The notes beneath the pieces were generated by a model. That model was not told the DNA's origin and searched no databases. It saw nothing but the letters and a program-made list of their open reading frames with translations. From Octopus bimaculoides (lineage: Eukaryota): DNA of 56,840 bases. The translations under genes and the position numbers were made by a program. Of this stretch, positions 41,848 to 56,808 are shown piece after piece (position 1 is the first letter of the stretch; every line of letters begins with the position of its first letter). The stretch is from the NCBI RefSeq assembly GCF_001194135.2, contig NC_068996.1, positions 45,234,813-45,291,652 of the forward strand, written 5' to 3'.

Positions 41848-42260
41848 NNNNNNNNNNNNNNNNNNNNNNNNNNNNNNNNNNNNNNNNNNNNNNNNNNNNN
41901 NNNNNNNNNNNNNNNNNNNNNNNNNNNNNNNNNNNTGTGCGTGTGGGTATACATACATGTACACGCACAAATGCTTATATACATGTATGTATGTATGTAT
42001 GTATGTATGTATCTATATGCGCTGTCTTCAGAAACTTCCATTTCGGTTGATGAGTTGTTCATGTTGAATATGTTGGTAGTGTTAATTAGGTTGCTGTTAA
42101 TCACATTGATGTTAATTAAGTTGTTTCATTCATTGTCAACTAACTTAATTTGCAAACAGATCACGAACAAACAAAAAAGATTCTACGTGGTCACTCGACC
42201 TGCTTGAAACAGCAGCCAAGTCTCCATTAAAATCAGCTTATTGTCCTCAACATTTATTAT

Positions 42261-42472
42261 CTTTTATCTTCTTGTTTGAGTGCGGCCATGCTGGGGTACC
42301 GCTTGAAAATGTTTTAGTCGAATGAATTGACCGCAGTACTGATTTTTCTTCAAAACCTGGTGTTTATTTTATTACCCCTCTTTTTGCCGAACCGCTAGGT
42401 TGCTGGGACGTAAACACACTAACACCAGTTATTGGGACACACACAGCGCTACTGGGACACAGAGACACACAC

Positions 42473-42571
<99 letters not shown>

Positions 42572-42648
42572 TGTATGAGTTAGAGGCTAAGTAACCATCT
42601 TAGGGAACCATGTGGTTGGGAAGCAAGATTCTTACCACACAGTTACGC
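42261..42648 (-). mobile_element. SINE family B with expanded internal (TA)n(TG)n
   Basis: Tail (gcggccatgctggggtaccgc) at 42280-42300 and head remnant (gaaccatgtggttgggaagcaag) at 42605-42640. Confidence 0.75.
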
Positions 42649-44759
42649 CAGCGACGATAGCAACCATTGTTTACATAATATATCTTCGGTCACATGTCTA
42701 CCTGTGATCGAAGACAGACACGTGATCAACCCGTCTACTTGAAGAGCAACAGCAACGACGTCAGGGTCAGGAACATCAGCATCAACAGCAACACTAATAT
42801 TCGTATAGTGAAATTGATTTGAAAAACTGGTGTGAAATTTCGAAGAGATCAAATGTGAAAACTTCTTTTTCGGTCTGTTGTTTCATTCAGACGTTATATT
42901 GCCATTATGCTGGAGCAACCTCTTAAGGGATTTAGCCGGAAGAATTTAGACTAGTGCTTTTAATTCTTTAATTTCATTTAATTTTTTTTTTAATGTTTTT
43001 GAAGTCGGGGTNNNNNNNNNNNNNNNNNNNNNNNNNNNNNNNNNNNNNNNNNNNNNNNNNNNNNNNNNNNNNNNNNNNNNNNNNNNNNNNNNNNNNNNNN
43101 NNNNNNNNNNNNNNNNNNNNNNNNNNNNNNNNNNNNNNNNNNNNNNNNNNNNNNNNNNNNNNNNNNNNNNNNNNNNNNNNNNNNNNNNNNNNNNNNNNNN
43201 NNNNNNNNNNNNNNNNNNNNNNNNNNNNNNNNNNNNNNNNNNNNNNNNNNNNNNNNNNNNNNNNNNNNNNNNNNNNNNNNNNNNNNNNNNNNNNNNNNNN
43301 NNTATATATATATATATATATTTATATATACGCCGAGCTTCCACACTGTTTCCAGCTAACAAGTTCACTTACAATGTATTGGTAAGCTCGGAGTAGCGGA
43401 CTTCTTAACCAGGAAGCTATGCCTAGCCTGGAATTTCCGGACATGGTATACACACACGGTAGTTACGATGATGTTGAAAATGAGGAAGACAGGAATGTTG
43501 GAAATGATGAAAAAGACAATGGCAATTATGAAGACGGCGATGACAACGACAATGACAACGACGACGCTCGTGGTGGTGGTCGTGGTATGCATGCATGTAT
43601 GTATGTACGTATGTATGGTGGTGATGATGATGATTAGGAGGAGGAAGGAAGGAATCGAGAATGACAGGATGGAAGCTAATGATAAAAGATGGGGAGTAAC
43701 ACTACGACTGTGGGGGCGAATATATATTTACGATAGAACAGGTGATATTCTGAAACAAAAGGATTCACAACCTTTCTCTTAATTGCAGGACATCTGGATT
43801 TCTTTTTTTTCTTTTTTTTTTTTTTACTATTAACTAATACACATTAGAGCCGCAATAAAATCTTACAAATTCTATCTTTATTTCTGAAACTCTCATTAAC
43901 ATTTAGCACCCTGTGATGTGTGAAGTATAGCAAGTGAGAGCAATCATTCTTAATAATGATTTTGTAAAAATATTATTTTATCAATTTTAATAACGATTTT
44001 TTTTTAATACGAATTATCTTGCACTATTTTTTTTAATCTCTAACCTGCTGACTTATGCATTCCTACAGCTGCGCTAGTATAACAATTTTGCTGCTTAGTA
44101 TTCACTCACAAGCGTGAACTATATTACACGAAGTCTTTTTGTGTTATTGCTATTCCAACTATTAAGACGGAGCGGTTACTACACTGTCGTCTACGTGCTA
44201 CTTCAAGCTGCTAGAAATAAGTTTTAGAATGCCCCTCATATCAGACTTACCTGTCTTATGCATGCATGTACATACGTTGGAGCAAAAAGTCAGTTTCTAC
44301 ATGTTAAATCATATTGTTATAGTAGCCAAATATCTATTAAATCACGCCCTACTGCCTGATATGAGTGTATGTATGTATGTATGTATGTATGTATGTATGT
44401 ATGCATGTATGTATGTATGCATGCATGCATGTATGTATATATGTATTTATGTATATATGTATGCATGTGTGTGTATTATTCAGTTTTATTTCAAGATTTC
44501 TTTCCAATAGAGAAAGAGCTGGTTTCTAACCTAGATCCAAGTTTCCTTCATTGGAATTTCAACACTAACAACAGGGTATTTTTGTTTGTTTGTTTATGTA
44601 TGTATGTATGTATATATTTATGTATGTATGTTTGTATGTATGTATGTATTCATGTATGTATGTATTCATGTATGTATGTATGTATACGTACAGATTTGTA
44701 TGTTTAGTTTTATGTATGTATTCTCATGCATATAGTTACATATCTAGACATGCTCATAT

Positions 44760-45063
44760 ATACTTAAACGATAAACTTCTGGAAAGTTCTACAGATTTTT
44801 ACAGTTCCAGTGATGGATTGGATCTGTAGTTTTCGAATCAGTTTTCACTTTTCTGGTTTTGAGAAGCCTAATTTCTCAAGTGTGTCACATATCCAAGTGT
44901 CTCAATAATTACAGGTATAAACCTGAACTTGTAATCTGGATAGAGTAACTGCAGATTTCTTAATAGTTCAGCATAGATGTTCTCTTTCTCACTGACCTTC
45001 AGCTTTATGCTAACATCCGCTGGGTAGTTTCATTTCTCTATCCCAAATGATTATATCAGGTCT
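44760..45063 (-). mobile_element. REL-endonuclease non-LTR element, 3' fragment including the PD motif
   Basis: Minus translation RPDIIIWDRE/PADVSIKLKVSEKENIYAELLRNLQLLYPDYKFRFIPVIIETLGYV is a PD-(D/E)xK restriction-like endonuclease of R2/R4/NeSL-type elements. Confidence 0.8.
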
Positions 45064-45234
45064 CTGTATATATGTATGTATCTATTTATGTATGTATGTA
45101 TGTATGTTCGTATGTATGTATGTATGTATGTATGTATGTATGTATGTATGTATATATATGTATGCTTGATTGTAAGCATGTAAGTATATATGTATGTGTG
45201 TGTGTGCATGTATATGTGTATGTATGTGTCTATG

Positions 45235-45309
<75 letters not shown>

Positions 45310-45382
45310 ATGTGTGTGTGTATGTATGTATGTATGCTTGAATGTAAGCATGTAAGTATACATGTATGTATATACAAATCCA

Positions 45383-45702
45383 CTCCAGGACTTATTCTTC
45401 GTAAACCTAGTACTTATTCTATCGGTTTCTTTTGCCGAACCGCTAAGTTACGGGGACGTAAACACACCAGCATCGGTTGTCAAGCTATGTTGGGGGGGGG
45501 GGGGCAAACACAGACATACAAACACAGCCACAAACATATTTATACATATATACGACGGGCTTCTTTCAGTTTCCGCCTATCAAATCCACTCACAAGACTT
45601 TGGTCAGCCAGAGGCTACAGTAGAAGATACTTGCCCAAGGTGCCACACAGTGGGACTGAACCCGGAATTATGTGATTGGTAAGCAAGCTACTTACCACAC
45701 AG
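45383..45702 (-). mobile_element. SINE family B
   Basis: Colinear match to the reverse complement of 53596-53935. Confidence 0.85.
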
Positions 45703-46059
45703 AATTGATCAATTAAGGTTCCACTAATCATTTATAATCATAATATCAAAAGGAGAAAAAATGACGTAAGGCAAAGGAGACTGGCGATGGTCAGCATTGG
45801 CAAGATTAACGAAGGTTACTGAAATACCACATGACAGTGATCATTAGTACTATAATATGTTCGTGTTGGTGCGTTATAAGACCGCCGTAGTTAACTGGAT
45901 TGACGCAAACATTTGTTCCGTGGTTTGTTTCAACGAATCGTTTCCGAGAAAAGTTGACATGATTTGTACGAAGCGGAATTGGAACGTTGAATGTAAAACG
46001 AAATACCAAGATGATTAATGGGAGGTATTCTTACATGTTCTAAGAATCCGCTTAACGAA

Positions 46060-47240
46060 AATAAGGAAAGAGTGAGAAGGCGGAAGAGGAGGAGGAGGAG
46101 GAGGAGGAAGTGGAGAAGAAGCTAAGAAGATGCTGATGATGATAATGAGGAGGTGGAAGATGATGATGACGTTCAGGAGGAGGAGAATGAGGAAGAGGAG
46201 GGGATGGAGGTGATGATGATGATGATGATGATGATGATAATGAGGAGGAGGTGGAGGTGGAAGATGATGGGCAGGAGGAGAAGGAGGAAGAGAAGAGAAT
46301 GGAGCTGATGATGATGATAATGAGGAGGAGGCGGAGGTGAAAGATGATGGTCAGTAGGAGGAGGAGGCTGGCAGAGGAAGAGGACACAGCTGATTATGAT
46401 GAGGTGGAGGAGGGGGAAGAAGAGCTGGGCACAGTTGATGATGATGAGGCGGAGGACGAAGTGGAGGAAATCAGTTGATGATGCGGTGGAGGAGGAGGCG
46501 GAGGGGGAGGAGGAAAAGAGGAGTAAGAGGATTAAGAGGAGGGGAAGAGGAGTAAGAGGAGGGGAAGAGGAGTAAGAGGAGTAAGAGGAGGAGAAGAGGA
46601 GTAAGAGAAGGGGACGGGGAGTAAAAGGAGGGGAAGAGGAGTAAGAGGAGAGGAAGAGGAGTTAGAGGAGGGGAAGAGGAGTAAGAGGATGGGAAGTGGA
46701 GGAGGAAGGGAGGTGGACACAGTGGTTAATGAGGTGGAGGAGATGGAGGAAGTGGAGATAGACACAATTGACGATGAGGTGGAGGCGGAAGAAGAGGAGG
46801 CAGAAGTGGAGGTAGAGGAGGAGGAAGCAGAAGATGAGAAAAAGGAAGAAGATGAGAAAGAGGAAGAGGAAGAAGAAGATGAGGAAGAGGAAGAGGAGGA
46901 AGAAGATGAGAAAGCGGAAGAGGAGGAAGAAGTTGAGAAAGAGGAAGATGAGAAAGAGGAAGAGGAAGAGGAAGATGAGAAAGAGGAAGAGGAGGAAGAA
47001 GATGAGAAAGCGGAAGAGGAGGAAGAAGTTGAGAAAGAGGAAGAGGAGGAAGAAGTTGAGAAAGAGGAAGAGGAGGAAGAAGTTGAGAAAGAGGAAGAGG
47101 AGGAAGAAGTTGAGAAAGAGGGGGATGTGGAAGGAGGTGCAGCAGCAGCAGCATCATGAGGAAGAGGAGGGGAAGAGGGTTAGATGGTGGAAGAGGGGTG
47201 GATTGTGGAGGAGGAGGAGCAGCGGCAGCAGGTGGAGAAG
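46060..47240. repeat. Polypurine low-complexity tract with 9-bp (gaggagtaa) and 27-bp (gaagaggaggaagaagttgagaaagag) subrepeats
   Basis: Direct reading. The frame 46689-47159 gives repeated VEKEEEEEE/DEKEEEEEE units. Confidence 0.9.
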
Positions 47241-50200
47241 CTCGGGAATGAATAAAGAGATTGCGTGTAAAAGGAAAGGAAAAAAATCAGAACACACATG
47301 TTATTACATATTTACCGAAAACATGAACGAGAATGATGACTTTCACTTGGATATTATATACATATTTTTTCGATTAAAATGTTTTAGTTTGCCTTACTTA
47401 TTTATAGATTTGTATTGATTATGAAAAGATTGCTGTTCTAGCAGCAATTAAGATTATCGAAACAAAATTTTACATAATAAAGAAATTTAGTATCAAGAAA
47501 TAAAGAACGAAGACGAAAATAAATAAAAACATACATCAACATACAGTGTTGCACAAAATTAATATGAACCCAACTAAAATAAGGAAGGGAAAATAATTTT
47601 AAATATTTAAAAGTTACACACAAAAATAATAACAGTTTCTGAACATTAGCGTAATAATCACAAAACAGTGACAATCAAAACAAATAAATAAATAAAGAGT
47701 AACATGGGGAATAAATAAAATACAGACAGAAATTATGAAATGGAAAAGAATATCAAGAAATCAGCTCTTAAAATTATGAAGGAAATGCGGGAAAATTTAC
47801 ATATATAAATTTATATAAATCAAAGAATATAAATACCTAAATATACTTTTTCTTTTCTTTCTATTAAAATATAAATATTCCCTCCTTTTCACAAAATTAT
47901 TCCTAATTTTAATTTTATCGACGACGATGATGATGCGGTATAAAAATGAAAAAAAAAGTGAGAATAAGTGATATGTGTGTGAAATAAACACTGGTTAGAT
48001 AAAGTCAAATAAGCTTTTGATTTCTGTTTCTTAAATAGAATAAATATGTCTGCTGTTATTATGATCAAAGACAGTTCAATTTATAGCTTTCTTTTTCCAA
48101 CCTCACTTTCCCGACCTTAATAACAATGCACATTTCCACTCGCATATACAGGCTAAAACTATTCTCACAAACAACAAACACAGACACACAATTCATAGTC
48201 ATATTAAACAATCAAATACACAATACTTCCATCAAGCTCTTTCTCAATCTCTTGCTCCTTCTCCCTCTCTATCCCTCTTTCTCTCTCTTTCAGACAAACA
48301 GACTGTCGCACATGCTCACATACACAAAGATATGCGCGCACACACGCACACACACACACACACACTCACAGACCCTATACATTTACAGACGCATTATTTT
48401 ATACAAACAGCTCTAAAGACATTCCCTTCATATACGCAATGAAAAATGCGAGCATTCATACGCAGTGCTGCATCACGTAAAAAATAGTTCTTGTGTCGAC
48501 CTTAGATCACAACACAAAATTAAATTAAACTCTCCAACGCCTCTTTTTCTCTCACTCTCCTATCATTTATGTGTACGCATATATATGCACGTGTATGTTT
48601 GTATGTATATGCATGCATACATACATGCAAACAGCATACATGTATGTATATATACCACACACAGAATATATATATATCTATATATATATTGTTTCGAATC
48701 TAACTACCATTCCAATAATTCGGGAAAAATAAGCTAGTCGATGAAACCTACCTCATTACATATCTGGTAGTTTAATTTAGCAACATTTAAAACCAAACTC
48801 CGCAACGTTGAAAACCAAAGTTGACTTCGACAGGATTTGAACGCGGAAAGTAGAAGACGAGAACAAATACTGCAATGCAATCGGTCTTTTTCTCTAATGC
48901 TTTTATGCATAATCGTGTTCTTAAGTAACTTATTTGTATGGTCGTACTCGAAGTATATAACGTTATAAATAATAGCGTATAGGATTTTGGAAAAACAAAA
49001 GCTTTGGATGGAAAAAGTCAACGTCTACTCGTTAAAAATAATTTCTTTCATTTTTCTAAGTTTCTAAAGTTTTATAATTTAAATATCTTACAATTTTTGC
49101 AGGTAAGCTTCTAAAATGTTTAAAACAAGCCCGAAGTATTGCTTTGGTAAAATGGTTCCATGCTTGTCTTGTTTCATGAAATAAGTTATTTCAGGTCCCA
49201 CAGGCAACCACTATCTTTTTTTTTTGTTGTTCTGTCCAAGAGGGTTTCTTAAATCTAATATTCCACAAGTTATTATTTATACTTTTATCTACTTCGACTT
49301 TCACCATAAAATATAATTTAATACATATATATATATATANNNNNNNNNNNNNNNNNNNNNNNNNNNNNNNNNNNNNNNNNNNNNNNNNNNNNNNNNNNNN
49401 NNNNNNNNNNNNNNNNNNNNNNNNNNNNNNNNNNNNNNNNNNNNNNNNNNNNNNNNNNNNNNNNNNNNNNNNNNNNNNNNNNNNNNNNNNNNNNNNNNNT
49501 GTATAGTTGTACTTCAAAATATTCTTTTCACTAGCGTTATACTAAAAACGTTAACAGATGTTTCTTCAGGCAAACTGAATTGTATGCGACTGTCTTGAAA
49601 ACATCTGTATATTGTTTTTTGTATTAATACACATTGACTTTTATTATGTCTGGACATCTGCTCAATGTATTTATAAAGTTATATAGTTATTGGTGTCGGC
49701 CTTAATGAAGCCACGACCATCTCATCAATTTTCTTCAGAAATACTGTGTTCTTCTTTAGTTTATATTTTCCACTATGTACTTTTAAATGAATGCAGAATA
49801 TGGTGATTTGTCTAATATTGCAAGCTTGTTCTGTATAATTGTATATTTATATTTGTAGGCGTCTACTTTGCCCATCCTCCTTCTGCCTCCTTTTGTCGAT
49901 ATATTCATGTATCTCTCAATCATTCACTCATTCACTCACTCACCTGCTCTTTCCCTCTCTCTCTTTTCTTTCCCTCTCTTTCTCTCCCTTCCCCTCTCCC
50001 CCTTTCTCTCTCGTTCTTAAGCTTGGTACATTACTGCATACATTACCGACGGTCGTTTCTATTTTGCCAGTATATTTAGATATAAGGAAAAGGTGCAAAA
50101 TACCTGTCAAACCAATATAACCAAAATTTTATGCTAAAACAATATTTTCAAGGTAACCCAAAACAACTTAAATTCAAAGTGAACTGAGATAGTATCTCTA

Positions 50201-52280
50201 ATATATGAACGCATACAAAATGAAAGTTAAGAAGAAATATAATATTCTAAGAAAAGTCAGTTTAGTATTTGAACTTATGATGATGTCAGCAAGTAACGAA
50301 AGAATAAAAAATAAACATAGAAATTCTACGTATTGGCATTTAGCTTTCGAGCTCTTCATATATGCTAAAAATGTTGAAAGGTTATGCCTATTAGATTATA
50401 GGAAAAGCAATTATGATTAAGGTATCATTTACTTAAATGTTTATATATATATATATGGGAACACTTCAACGTAAGTCTGGTTCTTAAATTTAATAATTTA
50501 ACATTGAAGTAATTATGTAATGGATTTCCTCTAGGCAAAGGTGCCTAGGTAATAATGGACCACTTTATATCGTAATTCCTGTCTTTCAAACCCCAAATAT
50601 ATTTACAAACATCCGGAGATTATACATCTATATACAACTTACGTCCTTTGCCATTTCTGTTCACATATGTTGATGGTGATTCTCTTGATGACAGCTTCAC
50701 TTGTGTGCATAACTTAATTTTTATAAGCACCTTTGTGGAGAAAGTTCAGTTTCACAACCCTGCCTGGCGTGAAGGATTAAAAGAAAATTGACCGTATTGA
50801 ATCACTTAATTTGTAAAAGTGTTTACTTTGTTTGGAATAAAATATGTAGAATACATTTTTCGAGATGGATCTTTGTATTAGTGTTGCAGAACGACAGCGA
50901 CAGGAATTAACTTAGTATTTGTCATCCTGCAAAGACTAATAACGTAAGAAAAAGCAAAACTATAATCAATAATTATCACTGTTGTTTCTATGAGACTACA
51001 CGTTATATTTTAAAATACGAACCAGTGGGGAGCTTCTATTTAGTCGATCGCTTTTGTAGATATAGCAGTCAAATTCCCCAAAAAATCAAACCTATCTTAT
51101 TTTAAAATGACATATTGCATGATGTAGACTAGGATACATTATATCTAAAAGATACGAGACGTGATTGTTATACCTTGAATGTCTTTCATCAAAGGTTTGC
51201 TAATTCATCGAATCAACATTCAATAAACAACAACAAAAGTAACAACTAACTTAAAATGGCGTGCAGTCTGCAATCAGCAAAATCAACGGGGGCTAAAAAA
51301 TATTTGTACTTTTAATAACAGGAAGTATATCCTTTCTTATCCTCTTTCTGTGAAGAACGTGCGATCACAATAACAAAAAGATAAATCAAATGCAGTAGAA
51401 TACTGCTCTTCTACAATGTGTGAGCTTATTGTTGTTATTTTGCTGATATTGTCATTGTAACTGTTATTTGTTGTTCAATCAATCCCATATCAATTTTGTT
51501 CGAACTGATTAGAAATCATTGTTGCTGTTACCAAAATCTGCTTTCAATAATATTATGCCGTTGACTACATAGCTTAATTTGACAAAGTTTCGTGATTTGG
51601 AGTTAAATTTAGTTTCTATTTCTTGCAGATCTATAAACCATTTGGAGACTTACTCCCTGGTTTGCAAACATTTCAGTTTGATTTGTTGATACCTGTAGCA
51701 TTTTAGTTCTATTCACTGATTATCTATACGTTGTTGATTTTTGGAGAAAGTTCTCTGATGCCAGTCCACGAAGGCTACAGGTTTATATGAATGAGAAATG
51801 TATGAGAATATATAAATATATAATCTTCATAAGAATGAACGATAACCATCGGGATTCCTATGAATATAACGGATTCAATTGAAAGTTAAAAATACATAAC
51901 CCTGAAACCCGCTCTCTTTGATTAACTGGGACTCCTAAAGAATTCTATCAAACTACATGCGCGCATACATAAAAACGCCGTGATGGAGTATCTCATTTTG
52001 GAATAAAATGTTAATCTATGTACATAGTGACAGATGAAGACCAAAATCAGGATCATTTTCAGATAGTTGAAACAATCAAAATCTCGTTCTGATGCCAAAT
52101 GCTACATGCAGTCTGGTTCTGCTCAAAGCACCAGTCTGTTGAATGTTCGTGCATGTGCCGCATGAGGCATACGCACGTCGTCATCTTAATTGACACCAGC
52201 TCGTTGTATCCCCATATATACTTCATATCAACATGCTGTATGAAGAAACAGTTGGTACCACTATATTTTTGTATTCGTTC

Positions 52281-53232
<952 letters not shown>

Positions 53233-53595
53233 ACATATCGTATTTATATGATACAGACTCATCACTAAATCATAGGCTTACAGAATCAGGTAATTTAAAT
53301 TATTGCATGTTTATAAATACATGTAACGTGATTTTTGATTAGGCATTTTTTCTTTAGTAGTTTGTTTTATTAAAAATATATACATTCATGGCTTTCGCGG
53401 AGTTTATCAAGGTAATACTTTTTAATATGATTATTTATAACTCTATGAGATCTGGAATTGCTTGTACATTCTCTCAGACGTAACAGTTAAAATGTTTGTA
53501 TCAATTTATTTTCAAGCTATCTATTCTTATGTAGATTTCATATTTATCACAGCAAGTCCTTTCAAGGTAATCGTTTTCAAGATAACTTAATAGCC

Positions 53596-54023
53596 GCGGG
53601 ATTGGCTGTGTGGTAAGTAGCTTGCTTACCAACCACATGGTCCTGGGTTCAGTCCCACTGCGTGGCACCTTGGGCGAGTGTCTTCTACTATAGCCTCGGG
53701 CCGACCAAAGCCTTGTGAGTAGATTTGGTAGACGGAAATTCGAAGAAGCCCGTCGTATACGTATATGTATATGTATATATATATATATATGTGGAGGGGT
53801 GTATGCATGTGTCTGTGTTTGTGCCCCCAACATCGCTTGACAGCCGATGCTGGCGTGCTTACGTCCCCGTAAGCTAGCGGTTCGGCAAAAGAGACCGATA
53901 GAATAAGTACTAGGCTTACAAAGAATAAGTCCTGGGGTCGATTTGCTCGACTAAAGGCGGTGCTCCAGCATGGCCACAGTCAAATGATTGAAACAAGTAA
54001 AAGAATAAAAGAATAAAAGAATA
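53596..54023 (+). mobile_element. tRNA-derived SINE family B, full length
   Basis: A box tggctgtgtgg (53603-53613), B box ggttcagtccc (53646-53656), internal (TA)n, and a tail ending gactgaaacaagt-type followed by (aaaagaat)n. Confidence 0.9.
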
Positions 54024-54394
54024 TCACTTCATCGATTCTTTCCTTTATCGTTCTCTTTTTCATTCCCCAATTATTTTTTCCTTTCTTTGAGACGACAGGT
54101 AAAATGAAGCATTTCTCAGTTTTCTTGTCCGGACTAGAATTAAAATTCAAATCAACGGGAGCGGACACCTAGGCATTCAGTCGGATCAATAATAACCTGT
54201 AAAGAACAGTCAGTAATAGTATTTATTTTTGTAAACTATACTTAACATAAAAAACAAGATGTAAAGAAATGATGCCATGGTAAAAGTACCTCACACACAC
54301 AAAAACATAAGAATTATTATAATTATTATGGGCGCATATATTATATTTACATAAAGTTATATGTTATATTATTCTTATAACACAGATGTGACTG

Positions 54395-54787
54395 TGTTAT
54401 AGGAAGCTTGCTCTCCAGTCACATGGTTCCGGGTTCAGTCACACTATATGGCACCTTGGGCACGTTTCTTCTAGCTTCGGGCGGATCAAAGCCTTGTGGG
54501 TGGATTTTGGTGTACATACAAACATATTTACACACATATACATTTGTATGTGTGTCTTTGTGTCTGCATGTCTTTGTGTCTGCGTTTGTTCCCCCCACTA
54601 CCGCTCGGCAACCGGTGCTGGTGTGTTTGCGTCCCCGTAACTTAACAGTTCAACAAAAGAGCCGATGGAATAAGTACTAGACTTAAAAAAAAAAGTCCTG
54701 AAGTCGATTTATTCAACTAAAACCCTTCAAGGTGGTGTCCCAGCATGGCCACAGTCTAATGACTGAAACAAGTAAAAGATAAAAGAT
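54395..54787 (+). mobile_element. SINE family B, diverged; parent of the downstream tandem array
   Basis: ggttccgggttcagtcacact head, body, and tail cttcaaggtggtgtcccagcatggccacagt. Confidence 0.85.
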
Positions 54788-55826
54788 ATACTGGGATTGA
54801 TTTGTTCTACTAAAACCCTTCAAAAGCAGTGCCCCAGCATGGCCACAGTGCAATGACTGAAACAAGTAAAAGATAAAAGATATACTGGGATTGATTTGTT
54901 CAACTAAAGCCCTTCAAGGTGGTGCCCCAGCATGGCCACAGTGCAATGACTGAAACAAGTAACAGATAAAAGATATACTGGGATTGATTTCTTCAACTAA
55001 AACCCTTCTAGGTGGTGCCCCAGCATGGCCACAGTACAATGACTGAAACAAGTAAAAGATAAAAGATATACTGGGATTGATTTGTTCAACTAAAGCCCTT
55101 CAAGGTGGTGCCCCAGCATNNNNNNNNNNNNNNNNNNNNNNNNNNNNNNNNNNNNNNNNNNNNNNNNNNNNNNNNNNNNNNNNNNNNNNNNNNNNNNNNN
55201 NNNNNNNNNNNNNNNNNNNNNNNNNNNNNNNNNNNNNNNNNNNNNNNNNNNNNNNNNNNNNNNNNNNNNNNNNNNNNNNNNNNNNNNNNNNNNNNNNNNN
55301 NNNNNNNNNNNNNNNNNNNNNNNNNNNNNNNNNNNNNNNNNNNNNNNNNNNNNNNNNNNNNNNNNNNNNNNNNNNNNNNNNNNNNNNNNNNNNNNNNNNN
55401 NNNNNNNNNNNNNNNNNNNNNNNNNNNNNNNNNNNNNNNNNNNNNNNNNNNNNNNNNNNNNNNNNNNNNNNNNNNNNNNNNNNNNNNNNNNNNNNNNNNN
55501 NNNNNNNNNNNNNNNNNNNNCCACAGTACAATGACTGAAAGAAGTAAAAGATAAAAGATATACTGGGATTGATTTGTTCAACTAAAACCCTTCAAGGTGG
55601 TGCCCCAGCATGGCCACAGTACAATGACTGAAAGAAGTAAAAGATAAAAGATATACTGGGATTGATTTGTTCAACTAAAACCCTTCAATGTGGTGCCCCA
55701 GCATGGCAACAGACCAATGAGTGAAACAAGTAAAAGATAAAAGATATACTGGGATTGATTTGTTCAACTAAAACCCTTCTAGGTGGTGCCCCAGCATGGC
55801 CACAGTCTCATGACTGAAACAAGTAT
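54788..55826 (+). repeat. 93-bp tandem array derived from the SINE B 3' tail, interrupted by a 401-N gap
   Basis: The motif ctgggattga recurs at 54791, 54885, 54978, 55071, 55563, 55656 and 55749 (spacings 94, 93, 93, gap, 93, 93). There are no unique spacers. Confidence 0.95.
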
Positions 55827-56379
55827 AATCTAAAAATATAAAAAGTAAATAAAATGGCGACTACAAACACAATTTAGCAGTCACCTTAAGATCAACCTAA
55901 ATTCATAAACACAAGGAAGTACAATTCATGATTATATTTCAATAAAATCTATCCCATGTATAACCTCATTTTTCTCTCAATTCTCACCCTCGCATAAAAA
56001 AAAATCAATAGAACATATTCATTTAAATCCCAAATATACTTCTCACCAAACAAAGCATAATATAAACTTGTTTTTTTCTCGCAGCAAGACTCCATATTGG
56101 CATTATTTGAAGGAAATAACTACTAACATGTTCAGTCAGGTTCACATACCCGAAATACATTGTTTATCTATTTCATCCTTTTATAATATTTTTCTTTCTT
56201 TTTTAAATTTTACCTCTCCATTTTTATCCTATTCTTTAACCAATATAACCGCTGAACTTAATTCAATTTTAACCTATATTTCCAGTTATTCTCAAGATAA
56301 CCCTTCTTCAAACAATCCCATCGCAAAATGTAATATCATTATTTATCAAATACTCACAGACATAGATATGTATATGTTA

Positions 56380-56441
<62 letters not shown>

Positions 56442-56553
56442 ACGTTCATTTCTAGTAATATATATGTATATTTTATATATATATATTTATATATCATGTT
56501 CTATGTATGTACGTATTTATCTAATCTTCTCACTTTCTGTCTGTTACTCTTTT

Positions 56554-56589
<36 letters not shown>

Positions 56590-56643
56590 TGTATAAAGAA
56601 AACGGGAGATATCAGAGAATCAGGGAGAAACACATGCAGACAA

Positions 56644-56678
<35 letters not shown>

Positions 56679-56808
56679 CATACATACATACATACATACA
56701 TACATACATACCTACATATATACATAAATACATACATACATTACATACATAAATAGATGCATGCAAACGTACATATATGTATAAATACATGCACGCATGC
56801 ATTCATAC

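Noticed and set aside
41345-42162. Identical 227-bp direct duplication (41345-41571 and 41936-42162)
   Set aside because: Each copy abuts an N gap and I see no differences between them, so it is most likely a scaffolding or gap-filling artefact. Long reads would settle it.
46689-47418. Glu-rich (156 aa) and Arg/Lys-rich (194 aa) ORFs as genes
   Set aside because: They are alternative frames of one purine minisatellite, with no domain or convincing splice context.
51620-51700. Exon candidates on either strand
   Set aside because: The plus frames stop quickly and the minus acceptor lacks a pyrimidine tract.
54788-55826. CRISPR-like appearance of the regular array
   Set aside because: Units are near-identical along their whole 93 bp with no unique spacers, derive from a SINE tail, and there are no cas genes in this eukaryotic DNA.
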